Shown: positions 38,033-49,197 of the stretch, piece after piece
How positions within the stretch are numbered: the first letter of the stretch is position 1
How the letters are laid out: each line of letters opens with the position of its first letter
DNA from: an uncultured Eubacteriales bacterium
GTDB lineage: Bacteria > Bacillota > Clostridia > Lachnospirales > CAZQDT01
Direction of reading: 5' to 3'
Length of the DNA stretch: 64,000 nt
Assembly: GCA_964592005.1 (NCBI GenBank)
Contig: CAZQDT010000001.1
Coordinates: forward strand, 602-64,601
Notes under the pieces: generated by a model
The model's database searches: none
Told to the model about the DNA's origin: nothing
What the model saw: the letters and a program-made list of their open reading frames with translations, nothing else
Position numbers and translations under genes: made by a program

Positions 38033-39436
38033 TTAATATATTACTTGCAGCATATCACAATTATAATCCTTTGTTCCTAAAATAGGAATATTATTTCCTT
38101 TATATTTATAAATAATTTCAACAATATTTTGAGTGATAAGCTCACCTGCTGCTAGGATAGGTATTCCCGGAGGATATGGAATTACAGGTTCGGCTGAAAT
38201 CTTTCCAATGCAGTCTTTAAGAGGTAGAAAATGTTTCTCTTTAAACATAGCTTCTCTTGGAGTAATGATAATTTGTGGTATTAAAGATTGTCTGTATACA
38301 GGCTGAATTTCTGAATAGTTTAAAAATTTATCAATATTGTATAAAGCTTCTTCAAAACGGTTAAAACCATCTGCTGTGTCAGCGAATGTAGAAATAGCTA
38401 CTATATGTCTGAAACCGTTCATTTCCATTTGAAGTTTATATTTTTCTCGTAAAAGTTTATTGAGTTTATCGCCATTCATATTTTTATCAAATGAATAAAT
38501 AATTAATTTGCTTATATCTATATCTGTACAGGTATTTCCGATTAAATTTTCCTTTCCCAAAAGTTTTAATACTTTAGTATTTTCAACATTTTTTCTAAAA
38601 TTGTTTAATTTTTCAACATATAAATTGAATTTTTCTTCAGAAATATTTTCTCTGCATATGTCAATGGAGGACATAAAGATATATGAAGGGCTGCTGCTTT
38701 GTACCATGGAAAGCATTTGTTTAAGTCTATCCCTGTCAACACGATTGCCCTGAACGTGTAAAAGAGCTGTTTGGGTAAGAGAACCTAAAGTTTTATGTAC
38801 GCTTTGAATTACTAAGTCCGCTCCCTGTTCTAAGGCTGTTTTAGGAAATTCACTGTGAAATTTAAAATGTGCTCCATGTGCTTCATCTACTATCAAGATA
38901 GAATTATATTTATGAACTGTTTCGGCTATTGACTTTATATCTGAACAAAATCCTTCATAAGTAGGACTTGTTATTATTACAGCTTTAATTTCCTGTTTTT
39001 TTAAAATTTTTTCTATATCATTTGCAGAAACCGCTCCTACAAGGTCGTAAGGTTCGATAATTTGTGGCTGAACATATTTTACAGAAGCACCTGAAAAAAC
39101 CAGTCCACTATAAACAGAACGATGGCAATTTCTGGCGACAAGTAAAGTGTCATTTGGATTACAAACAGAAAGTATTGCTGCCATTATTCCTGAACTTGAA
39201 CCATTTACAAGAAAAAAACTTTCTTCTGCTCCAAAAGTCTGTGCTGTAAGTTTTTGAGCTTCAGCAATTACTCCTTCTGCATGGTGAAGATTGTCTACAC
39301 CTTCAACTTCCGTAATATCTATCTGAAGCATATTTTCTATATCTAATACCCTTCCCTGTTTGTGACCGGGCATATGAAAAGGGTAAATGTCATCTTTTAT
39401 ATATTGCTGTAAAGCATTATAGATTGGGGTGTTCAT
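38033..39436 (-). CDS. PLP-dependent Orn/Lys/Arg decarboxylase-family enzyme
   Basis: FHMPGHKQG N-terminal motif and the PLP-lysine motif SVHKTLGS. The ATG at 39436 (AAAGGA RBS) is preferred, because the longer track start lies inside the pgi terminator. Confidence 0.75.
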   Translation of the reverse strand: MNTPIYNALQQYIKDDIYPFHMPGHKQGRVLDIENMLQIDITEVEGVDNLHHAEGVIAEAQKLTAQTFGAEESFFLVNGSSSGIMAAILSVCNPNDTLLVARNCHRSVYSGLVFSGASVKYVQPQIIEPYDLVGAVSANDIEKILKKQEIKAVIITSPTYEGFCSDIKSIAETVHKYNSILIVDEAHGAHFKFHSEFPKTALEQGADLVIQSVHKTLGSLTQTALLHVQGNRVDRDRLKQMLSMVQSSSPSYIFMSSIDICRENISEEKFNLYVEKLNNFRKNVENTKVLKLLGKENLIGNTCTDIDISKLIIYSFDKNMNGDKLNKLLREKYKLQMEMNGFRHIVAISTFADTADGFNRFEEALYNIDKFLNYSEIQPVYRQSLIPQIIITPREAMFKEKHFLPLKDCIGKISAEPVIPYPPGIPILAAGELITQNIVEIIYKYKGNNIPILGTKDYNCDMLQVIY

Positions 39437-39452
39437 ATTAAAATCCTTTCTT

Positions 39453-39480
39453 AAAAAATCTCCCACCGAAATGGTGAGAG
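39453..39480 (-). terminator. pgi terminator
   Basis: On the minus strand: CTCTCACC-ATTTC-GGTGGGAG stem (one G-U pair) followed by ATTTTTT. Confidence 0.6.
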
Positions 39481-39488
39481 AATAATTA

Positions 39489-40844
39489 TTAAAGACGTTT
39501 CAACAATTCTTCACGTTCTTTTTCATAACCCGGTTTTCCAAGGAGTGCAAACATATTTTTCTTATAGCTTTCTACACCCGGTTGGTTGAATGGATTTACT
39601 CCAAGCATATATCCGCTTATACCGCAAGCAAATTCAAAGAAATAGAATAGCTGACCTAAGAAAAATGGTGTCTGTTCAGGAATATTGAATACAAGATTAG
39701 GTACATTTCCGTCTGTATGTGCTAAAATTGTACCATTCATTGCACTTTTGTTTACAAAATCCATTGTTTTTCCTGCTAAATAATTAAGTCCATCAAGGTC
39801 ATTGTCTTCAAGTTCGATAGTAATATCATCTTTTGGTGTTTCTACATTCAAAACGGTTTCAAATAATGTTCTTGCACCATCTTGGATAAATTGTCCCATA
39901 GAATGTAAGTCAGTAGTTAAATCCACAGATGCAGGGAATATACCTTTTTGGTCTTTTCCTTCGCTTTCGCCATAGAGTTGTTTCCACCATTCGGATACAT
40001 AGTGCATAGAGGGCTCATAATTTGCCATAATTTCAATAGTTTTCCCTTTTCTAAGTAAAATATTTCTTAAAGCTGCATATTGCATAGCTGTATTTTCTTC
40101 AAATTTTGCATTGATACATTCTTCACGAGCTGTTTGAGCACCTTTCATAAGCTCATTTATATCTACACCACTGGCAGCAATAGGTAAAAGACCAACTGCT
40201 GTAAGCACTGAAAATCTTCCGCCTACATCGTCGGGAACGACAAAAGTTTCATAACCCTCTGAGTCAGCAAATTTTTTCAATGCACCTTTAGCTTTGTCAG
40301 TAGTAGCAAAAATTCTATTTTTGGCTTCTTCTTTGCCATATTTTTCTTCAAGTAATTTTTTGAATACTCTGAATGCTATGGCTGGTTCAGTTGTAGTACC
40401 TGATTTTGAAATCATATTTATTGAAAAGTCTTTGCCTTCAACAAGTTTCATAAGATGTTTGAGGTATGTACCGCTTATACTGTTTCCTACAAAATAGATT
40501 TCAGGTGTTTTTCTATCAGCTTTTGAAAGGTTGTTGTAAAAGCTATGGTTTAAAAATTCAATAGCAGCTCTTGCACCAAGGTAAGAACCTCCTATACCAA
40601 TGACTAAAAGTACATCTGAATTTGATTTTATTTTTTCTGCGGCTTTTAAAATTCTGTCAAATTCTTCTTTGTCATAGTTTATAGGTAAATCTATCCAACC
40701 CAAGAAATCATTTCCAGCACCACTTTTGTTAAGAAGAACAGATTTGGCATTTTCTGCAATTCCTTTGATGTTTTCAATTTCACCTTGTGATACGAAATTA
40801 CTTGCCTTTGAATAATCAAATGTAACTTTCATAAAATTAAACAT
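39489..40844 (-). CDS. pgi: glucose-6-phosphate isomerase
   Basis: 451 aa, Firmicutes-type PGI. Motifs: [42 protein letters not shown]. Confidence 0.9.
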   Translation of the reverse strand: MFNFMKVTFDYSKASNFVSQGEIENIKGIAENAKSVLLNKSGAGNDFLGWIDLPINYDKEEFDRILKAAEKIKSNSDVLLVIGIGGSYLGARAAIEFLNHSFYNNLSKADRKTPEIYFVGNSISGTYLKHLMKLVEGKDFSINMISKSGTTTEPAIAFRVFKKLLEEKYGKEEAKNRIFATTDKAKGALKKFADSEGYETFVVPDDVGGRFSVLTAVGLLPIAASGVDINELMKGAQTAREECINAKFEENTAMQYAALRNILLRKGKTIEIMANYEPSMHYVSEWWKQLYGESEGKDQKGIFPASVDLTTDLHSMGQFIQDGARTLFETVLNVETPKDDITIELEDNDLDGLNYLAGKTMDFVNKSAMNGTILAHTDGNVPNLVFNIPEQTPFFLGQLFYFFEFACGISGYMLGVNPFNQPGVESYKKNMFALLGKPGYEKEREELLKRL

Positions 40845-41058
40845 CTCCTTTAAAAATTTAATTGTATATTACTTTTATTATACTACCATATAGACAAAAT
40901 ATCTATAAAAATAAATTTACATTATTCAAAATTTTTTGAAAAAATAATAAAATAGATTTCAATTTTAAAGATAATAAAATGAGTAGGAATGAATTTGAAT
41001 AAAGCTTTTTTATAAAACATATATTTATATGGAAGATATAGTAAAGAGAGGCTAGTAT

Positions 41059-41259
41059 ATGAGGGAATTTTTGACATTAATGGGAGAACTTTTTCTTATA
41101 ACAATACTACAAAATGTAGTTGTTTTTTTTAATGCTGAAAAATCCTCATATATGAAAGAGTTGATTAATATTGCCTGTTATTTGGGGGCTATGTACTTAA
41201 TACTTCAATTTGCATATGAAAATATTTTTGGTCAGATTATAAATATGTTTAGTTTTTGA
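41059..41259 (+). CDS. small hydrophobic protein, unknown function
   Basis: 66 aa with an AGAGAGG RBS and two hydrophobic helices. It loosely resembles SpoIIIAC/AD-type small membrane proteins; this is not asserted. Confidence 0.4.
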   Translation: MREFLTLMGELFLITILQNVVVFFNAEKSSYMKELINIACYLGAMYLILQFAYENIFGQIINMFSF

Positions 41260-41447
41260 TTTTCAGACAGTTGATGAAATATATTTAAAAAATTTGACTT
41301 TTTTCAAATAAATAAGCAAATAATTAGTGTAGAAAAATTTTTACTTAAAACCTTTGTAAAAAGTTTTTGCTGTGGAATTAAATTTGTTTTTATTTTAAAA
41401 TATGGTATACTTTTTTTTAATGATTAAAATTAGAAAGGATTTTGTAA

Positions 41448-41735
41448 ATGGAAATAACTAATGAAATACTTGATTATATATCAAAACTTGCAAAACTTGA
41501 ACTTACTGATGAAGAAAGAAAACAGGAAATTAAAGATATGCAAAGTATAGTTTCTTATATGGATATATTAAATACTTTAGATACTTCACAGGTAGAAACT
41601 ACAAGTCATATCTATCCTACAAGAAATATATTTAGGGAAGACATTGTAACATCTTCTTATGATAAAGATGAAATTCTTTTAAATGCTGCGGAAAAAAAAG
41701 ATAATTTCTATAAAGTACCTAAAACAGTGGAATAG
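41448..41735 (+). CDS. gatC: Asp/Glu-tRNA amidotransferase subunit C
   Basis: 95 aa (IAKLAKLELTDEE..., ...FYKVPK), located upstream of gatA/gatB. Confidence 0.85.
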   Translation: MEITNEILDYISKLAKLELTDEERKQEIKDMQSIVSYMDILNTLDTSQVETTSHIYPTRNIFREDIVTSSYDKDEILLNAAEKKDNFYKVPKTVE

Positions 41736-41745
41736 GAGGGAAAAT

Positions 41746-43194
41746 ATGACAGCATTAGAACTTGGTAAAAAAATACAGTCAAAAGAAATAGGAGTAGTAG
41801 AGATTACAAAAACTGTTTTAGATAATATAGATAAATTGGATAAAAAATATAATGCTTTTATTACAATAAATGATAATGCCTTAAAACAAGCAGAAATTTT
41901 ACAGAAAAAAATAAATGCAGGGGAATTGAAATCACCTCTTGCAGGTGTTCCCATGGCAGTAAAAGATAATATAAGTACAAAAGGGATACTTACCACTTGT
42001 GCATCAAAGATGTTGGAAAATTACAGACCTATATATAATGCTACTGTAATTGACAGACTTGAAAATCAAGGGGCATTACTTATCGGAAAGCTTAATATGG
42101 ACGAGTTTGCAATGGGGAATACAAGTGAAACTTCTTATTTTGGAGCAGTAAAAAATCCTTGGGATACAAGCAGAGTACCGGGAGGTTCAAGTGGTGGCTC
42201 GGCGGCGGCAGTGGCAGCGGGTGAGGTTTATTATACACTTGGAAGTGATACAGGGGGGTCAATAAGAATACCTGCTTCTTTTTGTGGAGTTACAGGAATA
42301 AAACCTACCTATGGCTCTGTTTCAAGATATGGTCTTATAGCATATGCGTCTTCGCTTGAGCAGATAGGACCTTTAGCAAGAAATGCAGAGGATTGTGCAG
42401 CGGTACTTTCTATTATATCAGGATATGATGAAAATGATGCTACGTGTATGAACAAAAAGCCTTTTGATTTTACGGATTTATTTAAAACGGATATAAAGGG
42501 AATAAAAATAGGTATTCCTTTAGAATATTTTGCAGATGGAGTAGAACCTGATGTTAAAGAAAAAGTTCTTGGAGCGGCTAAAAAATTTGAAGAGCTTGGA
42601 GCAGAAGTAGAGGAGTTTTCGCTTAATTTTACTCAATATGCCATTCCGGCTTATTATATAATAGCATTTGCGGAAGCCAGCTCTAATCTTTCTCGTTATG
42701 ATGGAATTAAATATGGATATAGACCCACAAATATAAAAGATTTGGAAAGTCTTTATATAAAAGCGAGAAGTGAAGGATTTGGAACTGAAGTAAAAAGAAG
42801 AATAATGTTAGGTTCATTTGTTTTAAGTTCAGGCTATTATGAGGCTTATTATAAAAAAGCATTACAGGTGAGAACTTTGATAAAACAGGAATTTGATAAA
42901 GCTTTTGAAAAGTATGATGTAATAATTAGTCCAGTATCGCCTACAACGGCTTTAAAAATAGGACATAGTTTAAGTGACCCTTTAAAAATGTATTTAGGGG
43001 ATATTTATACAGTTTCTTTAAATATAGCAGGACTTCCGGGAATTGTGTTCCCTTGTGGATTTGACAGAAATAATCTTCCTGTCGGAATACAGCTTGTGGG
43101 CAAACATTTTGATGAAAAAACTTTAATACGTACAGCTTATTCGTTTCAGCAGGTTACGGATTTTCACAAAAAAAGTCCTGTACAGGGGGTGTAA
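41746..43194 (+). CDS. gatA: Asp/Glu-tRNA amidotransferase subunit A
   Basis: ATG at 41746 behind GGAGGG. Amidase signature GGSSGGSAAAVA...GSDTGGSIR. The track start at 41683 overlaps gatC and is rejected. Confidence 0.9.
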   Translation: MTALELGKKIQSKEIGVVEITKTVLDNIDKLDKKYNAFITINDNALKQAEILQKKINAGELKSPLAGVPMAVKDNISTKGILTTCASKMLENYRPIYNATVIDRLENQGALLIGKLNMDEFAMGNTSETSYFGAVKNPWDTSRVPGGSSGGSAAAVAAGEVYYTLGSDTGGSIRIPASFCGVTGIKPTYGSVSRYGLIAYASSLEQIGPLARNAEDCAAVLSIISGYDENDATCMNKKPFDFTDLFKTDIKGIKIGIPLEYFADGVEPDVKEKVLGAAKKFEELGAEVEEFSLNFTQYAIPAYYIIAFAEASSNLSRYDGIKYGYRPTNIKDLESLYIKARSEGFGTEVKRRIMLGSFVLSSGYYEAYYKKALQVRTLIKQEFDKAFEKYDVIISPVSPTTALKIGHSLSDPLKMYLGDIYTVSLNIAGLPGIVFPCGFDRNNLPVGIQLVGKHFDEKTLIRTAYSFQQVTDFHKKSPVQGV

Positions 43195-43197
43195 AAA

Positions 43198-44631
43198 ATG
43201 AATTATGAAATGGTCATTGGACTTGAAGTCCATGTGGAACTTGATACAAAAACTAAAATATTTTGTGGTTGTGAAAACAAATTTGGTGGTGAACCAAATA
43301 CTCACTGTTGCCCGATATGTACAGCAATGCCGGGAACACTTCCAAGACTTAATAAAAAGGTAGTGGAGTTTGCAATTTTAACGGGTCTTGCAACTAATTG
43401 TAAAATAACTAAGGAATGTAAATTTGATAGAAAGAATTATTTTTATCCTGATTTACCTAAAGCATATCAGATATCACAGTTATATTTACCGATATGCAGA
43501 GATGGTTATTTAGAGATAGAAACAGATAGTAAGAAGAAAAAAATAAGAATACACGAAATTCATATGGAAGAAGATGCTGGTAAATTAGTGCATAATGCGG
43601 AAGAAGATTATACTTTGATAGATTATAACAGATGCGGGGTACCTCTTTTGGAAATAGTAAGTGAACCGGATATGCGTTCAGCAGAAGAAGTTATTGTGTA
43701 TCTTGAAAAGCTCAAAGCAATTTTACAGTATATAGGAGTTTCGGACTGTAAAATGCAGGAAGGGTCAATAAGGGCAGACATCAATCTTTCTGTAAGACCT
43801 ATTGGACAAGAAGAACTTGGAACAAGGACAGAAATGAAAAATATAAATTCCTTTAAAGCAATATCACGAGCAATAGAAGCAGAGAGAAAGCGTCAGATAG
43901 AAGTATTAGAGGCAGGAGAAAAAGTTATTCAGCAGACAAGACGGTGGGACGATAATAAAAATATGAGTTTTGCAATGCGTTCTAAAGAAGAGGCACAGGA
44001 ATATCGCTATTTTCCAGAACCTGATATTGTCCCTGTCAGTATAAGTGATGAGTGGATAAAAACTTTGAAAGATGAACTGCCGGAACTTCCCGACCAAAAG
44101 AAGCAAAGGTATATGTTGGAATATAAGTTGCCAGAATATGATACATCTATGATAACCAGTTCAAAATATTTGGTGGATATATTTGAAAAAACAGTTGAAA
44201 TTTGTAAAAATGCCAAAGAAACAGCTAATATGATAATGGGTGATGTGATGAGAATGTTAAAGGAAACAGGAAAACTTCCCGAAGATTTGACTTTAAATTC
44301 TGAAAATCTTGCAAAGCTGATAATGCTTATAGATAGCGGAAAAATAAATAGAACTATTGCAAGGGAAATTTTTGATAAGATGTTTTTTGAAGATTTTGAC
44401 CCTGAAAAATATGTAAAAGAAAATGGACTGGAAATTGTAAGAGATGATAAATTGGTGAGGGAAACGGTAAATAATGTTGTACAAAAAAATCCACAGGCAA
44501 TAGAAGATTACAAAGCGGGTAAGGATAGAGCTTTTAAATTTCTGGTAGGACAATCTATGAAAGAACTTAAAGGAAAAGCGGACCCTAAATTAGTTAATGA
44601 AGTACTTAAAAATATATTGGAAAATATTTAA
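43198..44631 (+). CDS. gatB: Asp/Glu-tRNA amidotransferase subunit B
   Basis: 477 aa. Motifs: VIGLEVHVEL.TKTKIFC, RKNYFYPDLPK, HMEEDAGK. Confidence 0.9.
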   Translation: MNYEMVIGLEVHVELDTKTKIFCGCENKFGGEPNTHCCPICTAMPGTLPRLNKKVVEFAILTGLATNCKITKECKFDRKNYFYPDLPKAYQISQLYLPICRDGYLEIETDSKKKKIRIHEIHMEEDAGKLVHNAEEDYTLIDYNRCGVPLLEIVSEPDMRSAEEVIVYLEKLKAILQYIGVSDCKMQEGSIRADINLSVRPIGQEELGTRTEMKNINSFKAISRAIEAERKRQIEVLEAGEKVIQQTRRWDDNKNMSFAMRSKEEAQEYRYFPEPDIVPVSISDEWIKTLKDELPELPDQKKQRYMLEYKLPEYDTSMITSSKYLVDIFEKTVEICKNAKETANMIMGDVMRMLKETGKLPEDLTLNSENLAKLIMLIDSGKINRTIAREIFDKMFFEDFDPEKYVKENGLEIVRDDKLVRETVNNVVQKNPQAIEDYKAGKDRAFKFLVGQSMKELKGKADPKLVNEVLKNILENI

Positions 44632-44772
44632 GAAAGAAAGCCCCAAATTAGTGAAAATATTTCTAATTTAGAGCTTTTGTTATCTTGGAAATAATAAGTT
44701 GAAATTTGTAATGTTAAATATTATAATAATGTGGTATTAAATTAAAAATATTTTAACAGGCAGGTGCAGAGA

Positions 44773-46236
44773 ATGTATATAGGTGTAGATTTAGGAACTT
44801 CAGCGGTAAAGCTTTTACTTATGAAGAAAAATGGTGAAATAGTAAAAATAGTTTCAAAAGAATATCCACTTTATATTAATAATGAGGGTTGGTCCGAGCA
44901 AAATCCGTCTGATTGGTGGAAAGCAGTAAAATCTGGAATAAAAGAACTTTCTGATAGTGTTGATGTTTCATTGATAAAAGCAATAAGTTTCAGTGGACAA
45001 ATGCATGGACTAGTAATATTAGACGAAAAAGACAATATTTTGAGAAATGCAATTCTTTGGAACGACCAGAGAACGCAAAAACAATGTGATTATCTGAATG
45101 GTTTAGGATTGGATAATCTTATAGATAATACAGCTAATATAGCACTTACAGGATTTACAGCACCTAAAATATTATGGGTTAAAGAAAATGAACCTGAAAT
45201 ATTTAATAAAATATCTAAAATAATGCTGCCGAAAGATTACATAGCTTATATGCTTTCAGGTGTATTTGCAACTGATGTTTCAGATGCGTCAGGTATGCTT
45301 TTACTAGATGTAAAAAATAGGAAATGGTCTAAATATATGATGGATTTATTAGATATAAATGAAAATCAATTGCCTAGACTTTTTGAAAGTTATGAAGTGA
45401 TTGGAAATGTGAGTAAAAAAGCGGCAGAAGAAACAGGTTTAAGTACAGATGTAAAAGTGGTTATTGGTGGCGGTGACCAAGCAGTAGGGGCAGTAGGCAC
45501 AGGAACGGTAGAAAATAATATGTGCTCTGTGTCACTTGGTACATCTGGTGTAGTTTATGTGGCGAGTGATAATTTTAAAGTTAAGTATGGAAAAGATATA
45601 CTTCATTCTTTTTGTGACGCAACAGGAAAATATCATATGATGGGTGTTACGCTTTCAGCAGCAGGCTCAAATAAATGGTGGATGGAAGAAATATTAAAAA
45701 CAAAAGATAATCAGGCAGAACAGAAAAATATTACCGAATTAGGCAAAAATAAGGTGTTTTTCTTGCCTTATCTTAATGGAGAACGTTCTCCTCATAATGA
45801 CCCTAATGCAAAGGGGGCATTTATTGGTTTGAATATGACAACGTCAAGAGAAAATATGACACAGGCAGTGCTGGAGGGTGTAGCATTTAGCCTTAGAGAT
45901 AGTCTTGAAACGGTAAGAACTTTAGGAATAGATGTAAAAAAGGTGCGTCTTACAGGTGGCGGGGCAAAAAGTGAATTATGGAGAAATATAATAGCTAATA
46001 TTTTTAATACAGATGTAGAAATAATAAACTGTGAAGAAGGGCCGGCTTTTGGAGCAGCAATCCTTGCAATGACAGGAGATAACGCGTTTGAAAATGTGGA
46101 AGAAGCAGCAAAAAGTTTGATACATGTAGTGGAAACGATAAGCCCATCTGTTGAATTGGTGGAGCTTTATAATAAGAGATATGAAGTTTATAAGAAGCTT
46201 TATCCAAGCTTGAAAGAGTGTTTTAGAGAAATTTGA
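44773..46236 (+). CDS. xylB: xylulokinase-like FGGY carbohydrate kinase
   Basis: MYIGVDLGTSAVK N-terminus, GQMHGLV and GGGDQA motifs. A TTGAAA-17-TATAAT promoter lies upstream (about 44700-44728). Confidence 0.7.
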   Translation: MYIGVDLGTSAVKLLLMKKNGEIVKIVSKEYPLYINNEGWSEQNPSDWWKAVKSGIKELSDSVDVSLIKAISFSGQMHGLVILDEKDNILRNAILWNDQRTQKQCDYLNGLGLDNLIDNTANIALTGFTAPKILWVKENEPEIFNKISKIMLPKDYIAYMLSGVFATDVSDASGMLLLDVKNRKWSKYMMDLLDINENQLPRLFESYEVIGNVSKKAAEETGLSTDVKVVIGGGDQAVGAVGTGTVENNMCSVSLGTSGVVYVASDNFKVKYGKDILHSFCDATGKYHMMGVTLSAAGSNKWWMEEILKTKDNQAEQKNITELGKNKVFFLPYLNGERSPHNDPNAKGAFIGLNMTTSRENMTQAVLEGVAFSLRDSLETVRTLGIDVKKVRLTGGGAKSELWRNIIANIFNTDVEIINCEEGPAFGAAILAMTGDNAFENVEEAAKSLIHVVETISPSVELVELYNKRYEVYKKLYPSLKECFREI

Positions 46237-46262
46237 AATTAGTTATTTTGGAGGAATTTTTA

Positions 46263-47615
46263 ATGGAACAAATTAGAGAAAATAAGATGGGAATAATGCC
46301 TGTAAATAAACTGCTTTTTTCTATGGCATTACCTATTATGATTTCTATGCTTGTGCAGGCTCTTTATAATATAGTGGATAGTGTATTTGTGGCACAATAT
46401 AGTCAAAATGCACTTACAGCAGTTTCGCTAGCATTTCCTGTACAAAATTTGATGACAGCGGTAGGAGTAGGAACAGCAGTAGGACTTAATTCGATGCTTT
46501 CAAGACGTTTGGGAGAAAGAAGATATGAAGATGCTAATAAAATAGCAGAGAATGGAGTATTTTTGGCTATTTTAACGTGGTTGGCATTTGCATTATTTGG
46601 AATTGTTTTTTCAAAAGTTTTCTTTCAAATGTTTACGGAAATAGAAGAAGTAATTGAAATGGGTAAGGAATATATGTTTATATGCTGTGTATTTTCAATT
46701 GGCGTTTTTATGCAGATTATGTTTGAAAGAATAATGCAGGCGACAGGAAATGCAGTATATAGTATGGTTATTCAAGCAGCGGGAGCAATAATAAATATTA
46801 TACTTGACCCAATACTTATTTTTGGTAAACTTGGATTTCCTGAGATGGGCATAGCTGGTGCGGCAATAGCAACTGTTATAGGGCAAATAATAGCGATGCT
46901 TTTAGGAATAATTTTGACTGTTACCAAAATAAAAGAAATTAAACTTGATTTTAGAAAATTCAGACCGGATTTGATGGCAATAAAAGAAATTTATGCAATA
47001 GGAATACCATCTATTATAATGCAGTCGATTGCTTCGGTAATGACTATTGGATTAAATAAAATTTTAGTATCAGAAGTAGCAGTATCTGTGTTTGGAGTAT
47101 ATTTCAAATTACAAAGTTTTGTATTTATGCCTGTTTTTGGAATAACAAATGCACTTATACCAATAGTAGCATTTAATTATGGAGCAGCAAAAAAGTCACG
47201 TATGATTTCTACAATAAAACTTGCAGCAGTTTCCGCAATGAGTATTATGTTTTTAGGTACAATTGTTTTTCAACTTTTTCCTCAATACTTATTGGGATTT
47301 TTTAAAGCAACACCAGAAATGTTAGAAATAGGTATACCAGCACTTAGGATTATAAGTATATGTTTTATATTTGCAGGACTTTGTATAGTGCTTTCATCAG
47401 TGTTTCAAGCACTTGGAAATGGATTTTTGAGTATGATAATGTCAATTACAAGACAGTTAGTAGTTTTACTTCCATGTGCATATTTACTTAAAAGATTTGT
47501 AGGGCGTGATGCACTTTGGTTTGCATTCAGTATATCTGAAATAGTATGTACTATTGTGTGTTTGTGTATGTTTAGGTGGGTATACAATAAATATATAAAA
47601 AAGATACCAAATTAA
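46263..47615 (+). CDS. MATE-family efflux transporter
   Basis: ATG at 46263 behind GGAGG. Twelve hydrophobic segments and a MatE-type N-terminus (PIMISMLVQALYNIVDSVFV). Confidence 0.85.
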   Translation: MEQIRENKMGIMPVNKLLFSMALPIMISMLVQALYNIVDSVFVAQYSQNALTAVSLAFPVQNLMTAVGVGTAVGLNSMLSRRLGERRYEDANKIAENGVFLAILTWLAFALFGIVFSKVFFQMFTEIEEVIEMGKEYMFICCVFSIGVFMQIMFERIMQATGNAVYSMVIQAAGAIINIILDPILIFGKLGFPEMGIAGAAIATVIGQIIAMLLGIILTVTKIKEIKLDFRKFRPDLMAIKEIYAIGIPSIIMQSIASVMTIGLNKILVSEVAVSVFGVYFKLQSFVFMPVFGITNALIPIVAFNYGAAKKSRMISTIKLAAVSAMSIMFLGTIVFQLFPQYLLGFFKATPEMLEIGIPALRIISICFIFAGLCIVLSSVFQALGNGFLSMIMSITRQLVVLLPCAYLLKRFVGRDALWFAFSISEIVCTIVCLCMFRWVYNKYIKKIPN

Positions 47616-47623
47616 AATTATTT

Positions 47624-47660
47624 AATGCTGTCACATTAAGAAAATGTAACAGCATTTTTT
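47624..47660 (+). terminator. rho-independent terminator after the MATE gene
   Basis: AATGCTGTCACATT / AATGTAACAGCATT stem (1 mismatch) followed by a T-run. Confidence 0.7.
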
Positions 47661-47692
47661 AGATATGTAAAAATTAAATAGTTAGAAGATAG

Positions 47693-49105
47693 GTGATTTT
47701 TTTGAATATATTTACAATAGAATTAAGAAATGATGGTAAAGGAACTCTTTATAAGCAGCTTTATGATTTTATTATACAGGAAATAAAAAATGGAAATTTA
47801 AAAGATGGTGAAAAACTTCCGTCTAAAAGGGCATTGGCAAATCATCTTAAAATAAGTATAAATACCATAGAAACTGCGTATGAAATGCTTGTAACGGAAG
47901 GTTATGTACAGGCAAAAAACAGAAGTGGTTTTTATGTGTGTCCATTGGAAAAGTTAGAAATAACTCAAAGCAATAAAAAGCGAGTTCTTTTTGAAGAAGA
48001 AGTAAAGAAAACATATAAATATGACTTTAAGACTAATGTGGTAGATACAAGTGCATTTCCATATTCTACATGGGCAAAAATTACAAAAGAGATAATATAT
48101 AATTCTCCTGAACTTTTGCAGCATGGTGATAGGCAGGGAGATTATTGCCTTAGAGAAGTGCTTGCTAAGTATTTACATGAATTTAGGGGAGTAAATTGTG
48201 TACCAGAGCAGATAATAATTGGTGCTGGAATGGAATATCTTATGAGCCTTATTACAGAAATATTAGGAAATAAAGCTATATTTGCATTTGAAAACCCCGG
48301 ATATTCAAAAATATGTAAAATAATAAAAAATAATGAAAGAAAAGTAAATCCTATAAAAGTAGATGAAGATGGAATATGTCTTGTGGATTTAAAAAACAGT
48401 AACTCAAATATAGCCTATATTACACCATCTCATCAATTCCCAATGGGTGCAATAATGCCAATAGGAAAGAGGATAGAACTTTTGAAATGGGCAAATTTAA
48501 AAAATGACAGATATATAATAGAAGATGATTATGACAGTGAATTTAGATTTAATGGAAAGCCAATACCTTCGCTTCAGGGACTTGATGAAAATGGAAAAGT
48601 TATTTATGTAAGTACATTTTCAAGAAGTATAGCACCATCTATAAGAGTAGCATATATGGTACTTCCACCTAAATTGCTAGAGATATATCATAGAGATTTT
48701 AATTTTTATTCTTCTACAATATCAAGAATGGAACAACATACAATAAGTCGTTTTATAGAAGAAGGACATTTCAGCAGACATATAAACAGAATGAAAAATA
48801 TTTACAGAATAAGAAAAGAAACGCTTATAGATTGTATTAAAAAAAGTTCGTTGAATGAATGTACAAAAATAATAGGAGCAAATGCAGGATTACATTTGAT
48901 TTTAAAGGTAAATAATGGAATGTCAGAAAAGGAGCTTGTAGAAAGTGCAGAAAAGGAAGGAATAAGAGTTTATGGATTATCAGAGTATTGTATAAGTAAT
49001 GAGAAATATATACCTGACAATATGGTAAATTTAGGATATTCGGGTTTGCTTTCTGAAGAAATAATTAAAGCTGTTGAAATTTTAAATAAAGTATGGATGA
49101 TATAG
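47693..49105 (+). CDS. MocR-type regulator (GntR wHTH fused to a PLP aminotransferase-like domain)
   Basis: N-terminal GntR motif (LYKQLYDFI...LPSKRALANHLKISINTIETAYEMLVTEGYV) and a class-I aminotransferase-like C-terminus. The start is uncertain (GTG 47693 or TTG 47702). Confidence 0.8.
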   Translation: MIFLNIFTIELRNDGKGTLYKQLYDFIIQEIKNGNLKDGEKLPSKRALANHLKISINTIETAYEMLVTEGYVQAKNRSGFYVCPLEKLEITQSNKKRVLFEEEVKKTYKYDFKTNVVDTSAFPYSTWAKITKEIIYNSPELLQHGDRQGDYCLREVLAKYLHEFRGVNCVPEQIIIGAGMEYLMSLITEILGNKAIFAFENPGYSKICKIIKNNERKVNPIKVDEDGICLVDLKNSNSNIAYITPSHQFPMGAIMPIGKRIELLKWANLKNDRYIIEDDYDSEFRFNGKPIPSLQGLDENGKVIYVSTFSRSIAPSIRVAYMVLPPKLLEIYHRDFNFYSSTISRMEQHTISRFIEEGHFSRHINRMKNIYRIRKETLIDCIKKSSLNECTKIIGANAGLHLILKVNNGMSEKELVESAEKEGIRVYGLSEYCISNEKYIPDNMVNLGYSGLLSEEIIKAVEILNKVWMI

Positions 49106-49197
49106 TATAATTAAATAATATTGAATTATATGAATATAAAAATTTTTGTTGGTGATAATTTTAATGTAAAAAAAATATCATTGATGGAGGTTTTATT

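Noticed and set aside
49106-49197. Possible PerR/Fur box upstream of rubrerythrin (TATAATTAAATAATATTGAATTATA)
   Set aside because: It only loosely resembles the TTATAAT-N-ATTATAA 7-1-7 consensus and cannot be distinguished from AT-rich promoter sequence by eye.
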